A stretch of DNA of 64,000 nucleotides from Pseudomonadota bacterium (GCA_049320585.1 JBMOQB010000005.1:80295-144294), one strand, 5' to 3'; shown: positions 46,595-55,806, counted from the first letter of the stretch. Notes: a model not told the origin generated them from the letters alone. Program-made: numbers and translations.

Positions 46595-47371
46595 TTATTT
46601 CATTTTGAGAAAGTACTCTGATGTTTCGAGAAAGTGTTTCGCATAACGGCTGCTCATGCGCGACATTGGCAACAGGATGAACAGATCGGCGGTATTGAAG
46701 TCCGGATCCCATGAAGGTTCTCCGCAAATATAAGCGCCCAGCCGCAAATAGCCTTTGAGCAACGGCGGGATCGGTGCATCGAGATATTGATTCAACGCGT
46801 GCAGCGGCAGCGGGCAACGCGGGAATACGCTGTATTCAGCAGGCGCGGAATAGATGCGGTGCAATTTGCGATAGACGCTCGCCGCGACATGACCTCCGTC
46901 CGCCATGCTGATGCTGGCGCAGCCGATCAGGTATTCATGGCGGTGTTGCTGCATGTATTGGGCAAGGCCTTTCCACAATTGGGTGATGGTTGAACCATCG
47001 CGATAATCCCAGTGCACGCAGGAACGTCCGACCTCTACCATCCGGTCGCTAAGGTGCAACAGCCTGGTCAAATCGAATTCGGCTTGGGAATAATAGCCGC
47101 CGATTTTTTCCGCCTGATCGGGTGAAAGGATACGATAAGTTCCCACGACTTTATTCTCGGTACTCTCGCGTACCAATAAATGCTCGCAGTATTTGTCGAA
47201 AATGTCGCGGTCGATACCTTCTTTTGCGCTGGGCAGACTGGCACCCATTTCTTCGGCGAATACTTTATAGCGCAGGCGTTGTGCTTCCAGTATTTCCGCT
47301 TCGCTGTGTGCGATGGAAGTGGTCAGGCGCGGGTGGCTGGCAGGTTGGGTTTGTCGGTTCAGTTCCAGCAT
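46595..47371 (-). CDS. olsB: GNAT-like N-acyltransferase, OlsB-type (ornithine lipid synthesis)
   Basis: 258 aa. Motifs EAQRLRYKVFAEEMGA and VVGTYRILSP are typical of the OlsB / hemolysin-like acyltransferase family. It is adjacent to an acyltransferase gene. Confidence 0.65.
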   Translation of the reverse strand: MLELNRQTQPASHPRLTTSIAHSEAEILEAQRLRYKVFAEEMGASLPSAKEGIDRDIFDKYCEHLLVRESTENKVVGTYRILSPDQAEKIGGYYSQAEFDLTRLLHLSDRMVEVGRSCVHWDYRDGSTITQLWKGLAQYMQQHRHEYLIGCASISMADGGHVAASVYRKLHRIYSAPAEYSVFPRCPLPLHALNQYLDAPIPPLLKGYLRLGAYICGEPSWDPDFNTADLFILLPMSRMSSRYAKHFLETSEYFLKMK

Positions 47372-47462
47372 GACATTTCCTTGGCAAGGTTTGAAGATGC
47401 ATGCAGGTTACGGATGCCATGTTGCAGTGCGATGACGGAAAAATGAAGAAAGTATGAATTTG

Positions 47463-48365
47463 CTACTTGTTGAGTTGTTGCAACAACGGGTCGATCAGCA
47501 GCGCATAAGACGATTGTGACGCAAGCAAGGTTCGCGGAAATGCAGTACGTGCTGGCTGCTTGTCGGTATGTCTTGAGGAATTGATGGTTTGTAACACTTG
47601 CGCAATAGCATCCTGGGCAGTTCGCGCCAAGATGCGACGATTGGTATTCTTGGCCAGAAGCGCGGGAGTGAACACAACAAGGGCGTTGAGCTGCCGGCAG
47701 CGCAGGATTTTCCAGATGGATCGAACCAGTGTGGTATCACCGGTGAAAGCAGCAGTGCTGCATAACTCCCCCTCTTTATTCTGATAACGCAGTGCGATTG
47801 GGCATAGCTTTACGCCAGCGTCGATCACCGGTTGGATGAGCGCCGAGTGAAAATGGCCGACTTGCCTGCCGACCGTGGTGGTGCCTCCCGGGAAAAATCC
47901 CACACAATCACCTTGTTTGAGCAGTGCGCTGACGCGCAGATTCACCGCTGTTGCATCCCGGCGCATGGCTCGCTCGATGAATATCGTGCCATTGCGCCGG
48001 CTTAGCCAGCCGACGACGGGCCAGCCGCGCACATCCGATTTGGCGATGAAGCGCGTTGGTTGGGTCGCGTTCAGCACAAACATGTCCAGCCATGAAACAT
48101 GATTGGCCACCAACAGGCAACCGCCTTTGCCGTGCGCGGGTTGTTGCCCCTCGATCTGGACGCCGATGTTGAGGCTGTCCAGCAGTTGCCTGCTCCAGGA
48201 TTTCAGGATGAGACATTGCCGGGTTTGGTTGAGGTGCGGGTAAATGATTGCCAGCAGCATCCCATAACAAAGGTGCAGCACGAGGCGGGTGCCACGGATT
48301 GAGCTGGTCAGTATATCCGCCGGCATGTCGTTATATTCCGGCGCGTCTGAAGAGTGCTTATCCAT
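47463..48365 (-). CDS. olsA: Lysophospholipid/lyso-ornithine-lipid acyltransferase (PlsC family, OlsA-like)
   Basis: The HX4D motif NHVSWLD and FPGGTT are present. The MDKHS start at 48365 overlaps the upstream stop by 8 nt (ATGGATAA). The track start is at 48380. Confidence 0.65.
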   Translation of the reverse strand: MDKHSSDAPEYNDMPADILTSSIRGTRLVLHLCYGMLLAIIYPHLNQTRQCLILKSWSRQLLDSLNIGVQIEGQQPAHGKGGCLLVANHVSWLDMFVLNATQPTRFIAKSDVRGWPVVGWLSRRNGTIFIERAMRRDATAVNLRVSALLKQGDCVGFFPGGTTTVGRQVGHFHSALIQPVIDAGVKLCPIALRYQNKEGELCSTAAFTGDTTLVRSIWKILRCRQLNALVVFTPALLAKNTNRRILARTAQDAIAQVLQTINSSRHTDKQPARTAFPRTLLASQSSYALLIDPLLQQLNK

Positions 48366-49401
48366 AATGAGCCTCTGCACCCTGGCGATGCGCTTCAGCC
48401 ACCACGAGCGGGGGCAGGTGGCGCCGTTCGATGAACATGCTGTTGCCGGATTTTTCCTGTGCCTTTTTCTTGGCGGTCATGGCTGCCTCCGCTACCTCAT
48501 GGTGCGAACCGAATAACTCAGGGATGACCCAGACCGCACCGATCGAGAGCGTAGGCAGCGAGTGGTGGACGATGCGGCCTAGGCGATCGCTGCTCAGATA
48601 ACCGCCGATCGAGCGATGATCTTTGTCAAACAGTGATGAAGATGTGTGCGCAAAAACGGAGAGCGCTCGGTTGCACCGTTGTTCCCAATCATCACTTTGC
48701 ATGACCAGGATAAAATCGTCGCCGCCGAGATGGCCGATAAAATCATGTGCAGGATCGCAGATATTGCCGAGCAGCCGTGCGGTGAATTGGATCAACTCAT
48801 CTCCTTTGTGATAGCCGCACACTTTGTTGAACGGCTTAAAATTGTCGAGGTCGCCATAACAGACGGCGAATGATTTTCCGGAGTGCAGCAAATATTCGAT
48901 GTGCTCGTTGATGGGGACGTAGCCGGGCAACAAGGTCAGCGGGCTGGCATAACGTGTAGCTTCGATCTGCGCCTTGGTGATTTCGCGCAGCAGATCCTGC
49001 ACGGTGCCTATCCCTATGTAGCGGCTTTGCTCGGTGATGATGAAGCCGTCGGTAAAATGACGGATCTCGGATTCGCTCAAAAATCCACTCAACTCCTGGA
49101 TAGGAGTGGATTTTTCCACCAGCAATGGCGCTTCATCCATCAAGTCTTCGCAAGATTTATTTCCAGGATGCTCACTACTGCTTGGCTGGGCAAAGCTATC
49201 CACAAGTTCATAACGGCTGATCAAACCAACCGGTCGTCCATCATTGACGACAGGAATGGCTCGCAAGCTTTTGTTTTCAGAAAAGCAGGCAAATACCATT
49301 TCTAACCCGGTTTCCGGCTTCAGCGGCTCAACATAATGCAAGATCGTCTCTACTGTGACATTGCGGGTGTTGCAATATGGTTGTTTATCTGGCGTCTTCA
49401 T
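48358..49401 (-). CDS. CBS-pair plus GGDEF-type domain protein (signature reads GGDDF)
   Basis: CBS-like region (AIPVVNDGRPVGLISRYELV). A GGDEF-like core follows (YGDLDNFKPFNKVCGYHKGDELI ... GHLGGDDFILV). The start at MKTPDKQ is preferred. Confidence 0.6.
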   Translation of the reverse strand: MKTPDKQPYCNTRNVTVETILHYVEPLKPETGLEMVFACFSENKSLRAIPVVNDGRPVGLISRYELVDSFAQPSSSEHPGNKSCEDLMDEAPLLVEKSTPIQELSGFLSESEIRHFTDGFIITEQSRYIGIGTVQDLLREITKAQIEATRYASPLTLLPGYVPINEHIEYLLHSGKSFAVCYGDLDNFKPFNKVCGYHKGDELIQFTARLLGNICDPAHDFIGHLGGDDFILVMQSDDWEQRCNRALSVFAHTSSSLFDKDHRSIGGYLSSDRLGRIVHHSLPTLSIGAVWVIPELFGSHHEVAEAAMTAKKKAQEKSGNSMFIERRHLPPLVVAEAHRQGAEAHYG

Positions 49402-49596
49402 CGCAAATATCCTGTGAGTGGCAGGGTACGAAGGATAATTGCCGAATGTTTCAGCAGTGTTAAGACGGTGTTGCAAGCAGGTTGCATGATATGAAACCGC
49501 AGTACACCCGGAGCAAACGAATGATTACCGGTGCATCGATTTTCAACATATTGCCCGTGTATTCCTCAGCATAAGCCGTCACCGGATTTAACGATT

Positions 49597-49614
49597 CTGC
49601 AACATAACATTCAC
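49597..49614 (+). promoter_or_regulatory. Weak candidate Pho box upstream of the phospholipase C gene
   Basis: CTGCAAC-ATAA-CATTCAC. Each heptamer has one mismatch to the degenerate pattern of the other local boxes. It ends 36 nt before the ATG. Confidence 0.25.
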
Positions 49615-49649
49615 GGAATCTTCGCATTCGCCGTGTAGGGTGCGCGGAC

Positions 49650-50507
49650 ATGAACAAGTTCCGGCATCTGGCGTGGCTCATCCCGCTGTTGTTTTACAGC
49701 AGCGATGCGCTGGCATGGGGTTTGTATACACATGTTTATTTTGCCCAGCAACTGGTGTGGGCCATTCCGCTTGCCGACACACGATTTCGCCGTGCCGTGT
49801 ATGCATTCCCGGGTTGGGTGATGGCGGGCGCGTGTCTGCCGGATCTGTCACTCACCGGGCAGCATGCCGGAACGCATGATTTCAAGCAGACCCACCAGTG
49901 GGATACCGCGCGCAGATTACTGGAACAGGCATCCTGCGATGAAGAACGCGCCATCGCACTGGGCTTTGCCAGTCACTTGCTGGTGGACATCATTGCGCAC
50001 AATCACTTCGTGCCGGCACATGAAAAATTGTGGGTGAATGTGCCGATACTGACCCATGCGTCCAGCGAATGGGCGATGGATGCGCATGTCAAACACCATA
50101 TTTTCAACTCGCCTGCCAAATTGCTTAGGCAGAATCAGAACGTGCTGGCGAATTTTGCTTCATCGCACTTCCAGTGCGATCCGGGAAAGGCCCTCAACGC
50201 GGTCATGCTGCTGGCGCACGGCGATGCGCTGCTGCGCAGCAGCCGATTGGCCGAAGGGCTGTATCACACCGGCAAGGTGCTGGACCGCAATCTGAAACGC
50301 CGCTTCAATTACTACCTGCGCGAGACTTCACGACGCCTGGTTCAGATCAACCGGGTGATTGAAGGCCGCCGTCCGGTCTGGCATCCCGAGCCGCCGCTGC
50401 CGCATCTGGCGCATGACCGTGTCAGGGCGTACACCCTGCGGCAGATCAACTACCACTTGCCGCTTCCACTGGATTTGTTCCTGGAAGCTGAACAGTTAGA
50501 AGCTTAA
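49650..50507 (+). CDS. Zinc-dependent phospholipase C family protein
   Basis: The signal peptide ends DALA, then WGLYTHVYFA (the mature N-terminal Trp is typical of Zn-PLC/P1 nuclease folds). The His-rich motif HLLVDIIAHNH is present. Confidence 0.6.
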   Translation: MNKFRHLAWLIPLLFYSSDALAWGLYTHVYFAQQLVWAIPLADTRFRRAVYAFPGWVMAGACLPDLSLTGQHAGTHDFKQTHQWDTARRLLEQASCDEERAIALGFASHLLVDIIAHNHFVPAHEKLWVNVPILTHASSEWAMDAHVKHHIFNSPAKLLRQNQNVLANFASSHFQCDPGKALNAVMLLAHGDALLRSSRLAEGLYHTGKVLDRNLKRRFNYYLRETSRRLVQINRVIEGRRPVWHPEPPLPHLAHDRVRAYTLRQINYHLPLPLDLFLEAEQLEA

Positions 50508-51026
50508 AGACAGGCCGGAGATGGTTGCACCAATCACTATTCCGGCCAGCACATCGCTGGGATAGTGCAATCCAAGCACCAGACGCGAAACGGCAACCAG
50601 TGCGGTGAACGGCAGCAGCAGCCAGGCGAGGGCCGGATAGTAGGCCAATGCCACGACGCTGAAGGCCACCGCATGCAGCGTGTGGCCGGAAGGAAAACTG
50701 AATTGGTCCAGCGGTGCGATGCCGCAGTTGATACTCTGATCCTTGTTATAGGGGCGAGGGCGATGAGTCTTGTGCTTCAGCCATTTGTACAGGACGGTAC
50801 AAACCAGCCCTGCAGCAGCCATGTGAAACACCGGCAACAGCGCGGCAGCCCGGTATTCCACCAGCAGCCACAACATCAAGCAGTACCAGAAAACACCGTC
50901 GCCCAGCCGGCTTATGAGGCGAAATACCTGGCGTAGCGATGGACTGATGCTTGCGCGGTTAAAGCGCAAACACCATGTTTCATCCCAGGTTTGGATCCGT
51001 TGCAGGTTGTAGATTCGATGTGACAT
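50496..51026 (-). CDS. PAP2-family lipid phosphatase
   Basis: The three PAP2 motifs are present: KHKTHRPRP, PSGHT and SRLVLGLHYPSDV. The start is uncertain: 51026 or 51077 overlaps the upstream GT gene by 47 or 98 nt. Confidence 0.8.
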   Translation of the reverse strand: MSHRIYNLQRIQTWDETWCLRFNRASISPSLRQVFRLISRLGDGVFWYCLMLWLLVEYRAAALLPVFHMAAAGLVCTVLYKWLKHKTHRPRPYNKDQSINCGIAPLDQFSFPSGHTLHAVAFSVVALAYYPALAWLLLPFTALVAVSRLVLGLHYPSDVLAGIVIGATISGLSLSF

Positions 51027-52182
51027 GGCGCACCTCCGGTTTGACGGCGAGTTGTGCAAGGGCTTGCTCGAATTCATCCACGATGTTTTGCCAATCGAGT
51101 TTCAGCATGGTCTGGTGCGCTTGCCAGCGCAATCTTTCGACGCGTCCAGCTTCGCTGGCCAATCCGCATGACTGTTTTATGAATTCTTCTTCGTTGCCAT
51201 ACTCGGCATGCAAACCGTTCTCTCCATGTTTGATGTGCTCAGCCGCTGCCGCATAACGGTAGGCCACGACGGCAAGCCCGCTGGCCATTGCTTCCACGGT
51301 CACGTTGCCGTAGGTTTCCGTTATGCTCGGGAACAGGAAGATATCTCCCGACGCGTAGTGCGCCGCAAGGTCTTCGCCGGTTCTCATCCCGGCAAAAATA
51401 TATTCCGGGTTTTGTCGCTGCAACTCTGCGCGTACCGGACCATCGCCGACCAGTACCAGTTTCAATTTCGGATTCATTGCTTGCATGGCCCCAAAGGCGC
51501 GCAACACCAGCGGCATATTCTTTTCTGCCGAGATGCGCCCGACGTAGATGACCGCCAGTTCGTCATCGGCAACGACACCCCATTGCAGACGCAATTTTTC
51601 ACTGCGCTTGCTTGGATGGAACAATGTGGTGTCCACCCCGCGTGCGACGACCTGCAGATTTTGATAACCCTCATGAGCAAGCGTGTCGCGCAGCTCCTGG
51701 GTTGGAACAAGCGTGGTATCGGTGCGGTTGTGCAAATTGCGCAGATAAGCGGCAACAGTCTTTTGCAGCCAGCCAAAACCGTAATGCCGGCTGTAGCTGT
51801 GGAAGTTGGTGTGGAAATCGCTGCTGACCGGGATACCGAGTTTGCGTGCGGCAGACAAGGCAGATGAGCCCAGCGGACCTTCGGTGACCAGATGAACCAC
51901 ATCGGGACGCTGCGCGGTCCAGAGCTTGATCAGCCGTTGCTTAGCCGGCAGACCCAGCTTCAAGCCGGGATAGCGGGGAATCGGGAAGCCGCGCACCAGC
52001 ACTTCCTGCAAGGTGAGCTCGTGTTTCGCGCTGTCCTGATCATTCTGGCGCGGACGTACCAATTCAACCACGTGGCGTTGACGCAGGCCTTCCACCATGC
52101 GGCTGATGGTCATCGCCACACCGTTGATTTCCGGCGGGTAAGTCTCAGTCACAACAGCGATACGCAGCATGCGGTTTGCCAT
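50980..52182 (-). CDS. Family 1 (GT4-type) glycosyltransferase, possible glycolipid synthase
   Basis: The start MANRMLRIAVVTETYPPEINGV has GGGAGA upstream. The EX7E region is FPSITETYGNVTVEAMASG. Confidence 0.75.
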   Translation of the reverse strand: MANRMLRIAVVTETYPPEINGVAMTISRMVEGLRQRHVVELVRPRQNDQDSAKHELTLQEVLVRGFPIPRYPGLKLGLPAKQRLIKLWTAQRPDVVHLVTEGPLGSSALSAARKLGIPVSSDFHTNFHSYSRHYGFGWLQKTVAAYLRNLHNRTDTTLVPTQELRDTLAHEGYQNLQVVARGVDTTLFHPSKRSEKLRLQWGVVADDELAVIYVGRISAEKNMPLVLRAFGAMQAMNPKLKLVLVGDGPVRAELQRQNPEYIFAGMRTGEDLAAHYASGDIFLFPSITETYGNVTVEAMASGLAVVAYRYAAAAEHIKHGENGLHAEYGNEEEFIKQSCGLASEAGRVERLRWQAHQTMLKLDWQNIVDEFEQALAQLAVKPEVRHVTSNLQPATDPNLG

Positions 52183-52232
52183 GTTTTCTCCCTGGTTTTG
52201 GATAGTCATGACGCACACTTTCTCATCCGAAT

Positions 52233-52272
52233 AAGAAAGTTTGATGAAGGATTTATGAGGGTTTTGTGACAG
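52233..52272 (-). promoter_or_regulatory. Array of four phased Pho-box-like heptamers upstream of the GT4-PAP2 genes
   Basis: The minus strand reads CTGTCAC-AAAA-CCCTCAT-AAAT-CCTTCAT-CAAA-CTTTCTT, with exact 11-nt phasing. It ends 50 nt upstream of ATG 52182. Confidence 0.6.
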
Positions 52273-52313
52273 CGTGTATTAGGTTCCGATGACTGGAACT
52301 TCCGGGGATTCTG

Positions 52314-52703
52314 CTAATTGAACAGGATCAGCAGCCAAACCGAAACGACATTCAGCAAACTCAACAGCACCGCCGCACTGCCGATGTCCTTGGCGCGTTT
52401 GGCCAGTTGGTGATGATCCAGTGAGGTATGATCCACGGCGGCTTCCACTGCTGAATTGAGCAGTTCGACGATCAGTACCAGCAACACACTGGCGATCATC
52501 AGCGCCTTGCCGATCGCACTGGCGGGCAAAAACAACGCGGTCGGAATAAGGATGCACGCCAGCAATACTTCCTGGCGGAAGGCATCCTCATGGCGGATCG
52601 CTGCGCGCAAACCGGCGAGCGAGTAAAAAAATGCGCTCCAGACGCGCTTCAACCCGGTCTTGCCTTTGTAGGGGCTTTCCATCTTTATCCTGAGAATGTT
52701 CAT
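52314..52703 (-). CDS. dgkA: Diacylglycerol kinase
   Basis: Contains the KGKTGLKRVWSAFFYSLAGLRAAIRHEDAFRQE motif and three TM segments. The start may instead be at 52682. Confidence 0.9.
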   Translation of the reverse strand: MNILRIKMESPYKGKTGLKRVWSAFFYSLAGLRAAIRHEDAFRQEVLLACILIPTALFLPASAIGKALMIASVLLVLIVELLNSAVEAAVDHTSLDHHQLAKRAKDIGSAAVLLSLLNVVSVWLLILFN

Positions 52704-52810
52704 TGTGGGTACCCTTGGTATGGGCAGGCGGATAGCATAAGCAGTGGATGTTTCAGTTTTGTTAAGGTATCGGCGGCGGGGTGTTTTGGTGGTATAGCCA
52801 AAAATTCAGG

Positions 52811-52839
52811 TTGAACATTCCCGATTCCTTCGGTAGAAT
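52811..52839 (+). promoter_or_regulatory. Sigma-70-type promoter for rpmBG
   Basis: TTGAAC (52811-16), a 17-nt spacer, then TAGAAT (52834-39). It lies 34 nt upstream of the rpmB ATG. Confidence 0.6.
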
Positions 52840-52872
52840 CCGCGCTCTTTTGAAATCGGTTGGAGTAGTGCC

Positions 52873-53109
52873 ATGGCACGTGTATGTCAAGTAACGGGAA
52901 AAGTCCCGATGACCGGGAACAATATTTCCCATGCGAACAACAAAACCAAACGGCGTTTTTTGCCTAATCTGCAACGCCGCCGCTTCTGGGTCGAGAGCGA
53001 GAACCGCTGGGTCAGCCTGCGCCTGAGCAATGCTGCGCTGCGCACCATCGACAAGAATGGTATCGATGCGGTGCTGGCAGAGATGCGCGCCCGCGGCGAA
53101 AAAATCTAA
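52873..53109 (+). CDS. rpmB: 50S ribosomal protein L28
   Basis: 78 aa, starting [34 protein letters not shown]. Confidence 0.97.
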   Translation: MARVCQVTGKVPMTGNNISHANNKTKRRFLPNLQRRRFWVESENRWVSLRLSNAALRTIDKNGIDAVLAEMRARGEKI

Positions 53110-53121
53110 GGAGCCTGGAAA

Positions 53122-53277
53122 ATGCGTGAAAAGATCAAACTTGAATCCAGTGCCGGTACCGGCCATTTCTACACCACGACCAAGAACAAGCGCACCATGC
53201 CTGAAAAGATCGAAATGAAGAAGTTCGATCCGGTGGCCCGCAAGCACGTCATGTACAAGGAAACCAAGCTGAAGTAA
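53122..53277 (+). CDS. rpmG: 50S ribosomal protein L33 (not in the ORF track)
   Basis: ATG 53122 to TAA 53275-77 encodes [55 protein letters not shown] lies upstream. Confidence 0.95.
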   Translation: MREKIKLESSAGTGHFYTTTKNKRTMPEKIEMKKFDPVARKHVMYKETKLK

Positions 53278-53302
53278 TCCAAGCTGGCTTCATCGTGCAA
53301 AG

Positions 53303-53330
53303 AAAAACCCGCTCAGGCGGGTTTTTTGTT
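53303..53330 (+). terminator. Rho-independent terminator after rpmG
   Basis: ACCCGC-tcag-GCGGGT followed by TTTTTGTTT. Confidence 0.85.
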
Positions 53331-53463
53331 TGGCGGAAGATCCGCAGGGGCGTATCGCCGTAATTCGAAATTATTCTGGGAAACCGCAAGCGTTCCGCCC
53401 AACGCGGGCTGAAGACTGACTAATCAGCCGGTGTCGAGCGCCAGCACGGAATGGTTCATGCAA

Positions 53464-53492
53464 GTATCACTTATCCTTCATCTGCTTGTAAT
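53464..53492 (+). promoter_or_regulatory. Low-confidence Pho-box-like phased heptamers upstream of the PhoX-like gene
   Basis: GTATCAC-TTAT-CCTTCAT-CTGC-TTGTAAT, with 11-nt phasing. CCTTCAT is identical to one heptamer of the 52233..52272 array. It lies ~180 nt upstream of the ATG. Confidence 0.3.
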
Positions 53493-53671
53493 ACTTGATG
53501 TGCAAACTTCATTACGCAGGCCGGCAAAGCCTGCATCCGTCGCGAGGCGGTGCTTGGTATACCTGAGGAACTGCCGTTTATATCCCACGGAAGGTGGGCA
53601 ACCGGGCTGCGCCTAAAGACGCTTGTTCAAGAAACCGCCACTCAAATCACCATTCAGAACAGGAGAAATTT

Positions 53672-55309
53672 ATGTTTACGAAAAAACGCATTGCAATAGT
53701 AGTCGGCAGCGCTCTGGCCATCATGGCCATGGGTGCACAGGCCGCCCAGGGTCCGAGCAGTTCCCAAGCCCCCTACCTGAACGCCATCGCTCCCGGCGTT
53801 GAGTTCGCCTCCATCCTGACCGCCGGCGATGTCGCACGCAACGGCTACCGCATGGCCGGCATTCCCGATGGTTTGGGCGCATATGACAATGGCGACGGCA
53901 CCATCACCGTGCTGATGAACCACGAGATCGACAATCTTAACGGCGTTCCCCGCGCCCACGGCGCCAAGGGTGCATTCGTTTCCGAATGGGTCATCAACAA
54001 GCGCACCTTGCGCGTGGTCTCCGGCAGCGACCTGATCAAGAACGTATACGGCTGGAACGCAGCTACCCAGCAGTCCGACGACGTGACCAGCATCGTCACT
54101 TTCAACCGTTTCTGTTCGGCCGATCTGGCTGGCCAAAGAGCGTTCTTCAATCCCCGCAGCGGCTTGGGCAGCCATGCCCGCATCTTCCTGAACGGCGATG
54201 AGGGCGGTGCGAACGGTTACGCTATGGCACACGTCGCCACCGGCAGCAGCAAGGGCAGCAGCTATATCCTTGGCAAATTCAACACCAAAACCAACGGTTC
54301 TGGCGGCATTGACGTGGGCGGCTGGGAAAATTTGCTGGCCAGCCCATTTCCACAGAACCAGACCGTGGTCATCGGCACCAACGACGGCGGCACCGGCATC
54401 ATGGACAGCTCGGTGCTGGTTTATGTGGGCACCAAGACCAGTTCCGGCAGCGAAGTTGACAAGGCCGGGCTGACCAATGGCGTGGTCAAATTCGTCAGCA
54501 TTGACGGTATCGCCAAGGAAATCAGTGATGCTGCGACCCGCGCCACTGGCATCGTCTCCGGTATGCGCTTTAGCCTGAGCGACACCGTCTCCACCGCCTT
54601 CTCCCGTCCCGAAGATGGTGCCTGGAATCCGCGCAATCCCAACGAGTTCTACTTCGTCACCACCGACCAGCTCGACAAGACCGATCTGACCGGCGGAACG
54701 CAGAAAGGCGGCACCCGTCTGTGGCGCCTGACCTTTGACGACATCAAGAATGTCGATGCCGGCGGCAAGATCGACATCCTGCTCGATTCGGCCGCCCTGG
54801 CCGGCGGTGTGGGCGTGGACAAGCCCGATATGTTTGACAACATCTCGGTGAACGTCGACGGCACCATCACGCTGCAAGAGGATGTGGGCGGCAATGCGCA
54901 CAACGGCAAAATGTGGCAGTTCGAACCGGACAACGGCAGCTTCACGCTGCTCTCCAAGTTCGATCCGGCGCTGTTCGGTGATATCGTCGGCGGCAGCTTG
55001 GTTGCCGGCACGCATACCAACGACGAAGAATCCTCGGGTGTGATCGACATCACCCGGCTACTGGGCCGCCATGATGGCAAGAAGTACGAACTGCTCGTTG
55101 CGCAGGATCATGCCAAAGCCGCCAGTCTGCAAGCCATCGGCGCCATGAATGCCGAGGCCGACCCGGTTGCCATGTATCAGGGCGGTCAACTGATCCTGAT
55201 GTCGGCTCCGCTGGCGCATGACGATGATGGCGACCATGAAGACGAGCACGCCGACGAAAAGGAATCTGATGTGCGTCATCTGGAAAGAATGAATCCCTTC
55301 TCTCGATAA
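53672..55309 (+). CDS. Secreted beta-propeller protein, PhoX/DUF839-like (putative phosphatase) with an acidic His-rich tail
   Basis: AGGAG lies upstream of ATG 53672. The Sec signal ends AQA-AQG. Motifs GYRMAGIPDGLGAY, VLMNHE and SRPEDGAWNPRNPNEFYFVTTD resemble the DUF839/PhoX family; this is from memory, with no search run. The tail is HDDDGDHEDEHADEKESD. Confidence 0.45.
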   Translation: MFTKKRIAIVVGSALAIMAMGAQAAQGPSSSQAPYLNAIAPGVEFASILTAGDVARNGYRMAGIPDGLGAYDNGDGTITVLMNHEIDNLNGVPRAHGAKGAFVSEWVINKRTLRVVSGSDLIKNVYGWNAATQQSDDVTSIVTFNRFCSADLAGQRAFFNPRSGLGSHARIFLNGDEGGANGYAMAHVATGSSKGSSYILGKFNTKTNGSGGIDVGGWENLLASPFPQNQTVVIGTNDGGTGIMDSSVLVYVGTKTSSGSEVDKAGLTNGVVKFVSIDGIAKEISDAATRATGIVSGMRFSLSDTVSTAFSRPEDGAWNPRNPNEFYFVTTDQLDKTDLTGGTQKGGTRLWRLTFDDIKNVDAGGKIDILLDSAALAGGVGVDKPDMFDNISVNVDGTITLQEDVGGNAHNGKMWQFEPDNGSFTLLSKFDPALFGDIVGGSLVAGTHTNDEESSGVIDITRLLGRHDGKKYELLVAQDHAKAASLQAIGAMNAEADPVAMYQGGQLILMSAPLAHDDDGDHEDEHADEKESDVRHLERMNPFSR

Positions 55310-55418
55310 TGCGCAAACATGATCAAGTTTGAGCCGCAACAGGAAAGCCCCGACAAGATTGTTCCTGCGGTGCGTCTTCGCAAGAGCAGGTAAGTCTAAG
55401 CTGCCTGTGTAACTGAAA

Positions 55419-55449
55419 GGGCCGCAGCATGTGCTGCGGCCCATTTTTT
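55419..55449 (+). terminator. Rho-independent terminator after the PhoX-like gene
   Basis: GGGCCGCAGCA pairs with TGCTGCGGCCC, followed by ATTTTTT. Confidence 0.85.
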
Positions 55450-55806
55450 GAGATCTCATTCGATGAGCATTATTCAACTACAACGCTTCGAACTCCTGTT
55501 CCATTCACCCCTGCTGCATCCCGCGTAAGCCGGATGGAATAGGACAAAGACTGATGGATTATTCCAAGATTGTCTTATGGATAAATTATCAATGCGCCGA
55601 TATACCTGTCACGAGAATATGGTCAAAATGTCCGCCCATAGACTACTGTCTCCATTAAATATTCAGGAACAAGGGAGGTCGAGGATGTTGGAACATATTC
55701 GTTCATTAGTAGTGAAGCAACGTGAGTTTGAGCAGCATATTTCGTGCAGAGGAAATTCCTCAGGACTTGGATTGTTAAGTCATGATCACAGAAGAGGAGA
55801 AATAAA

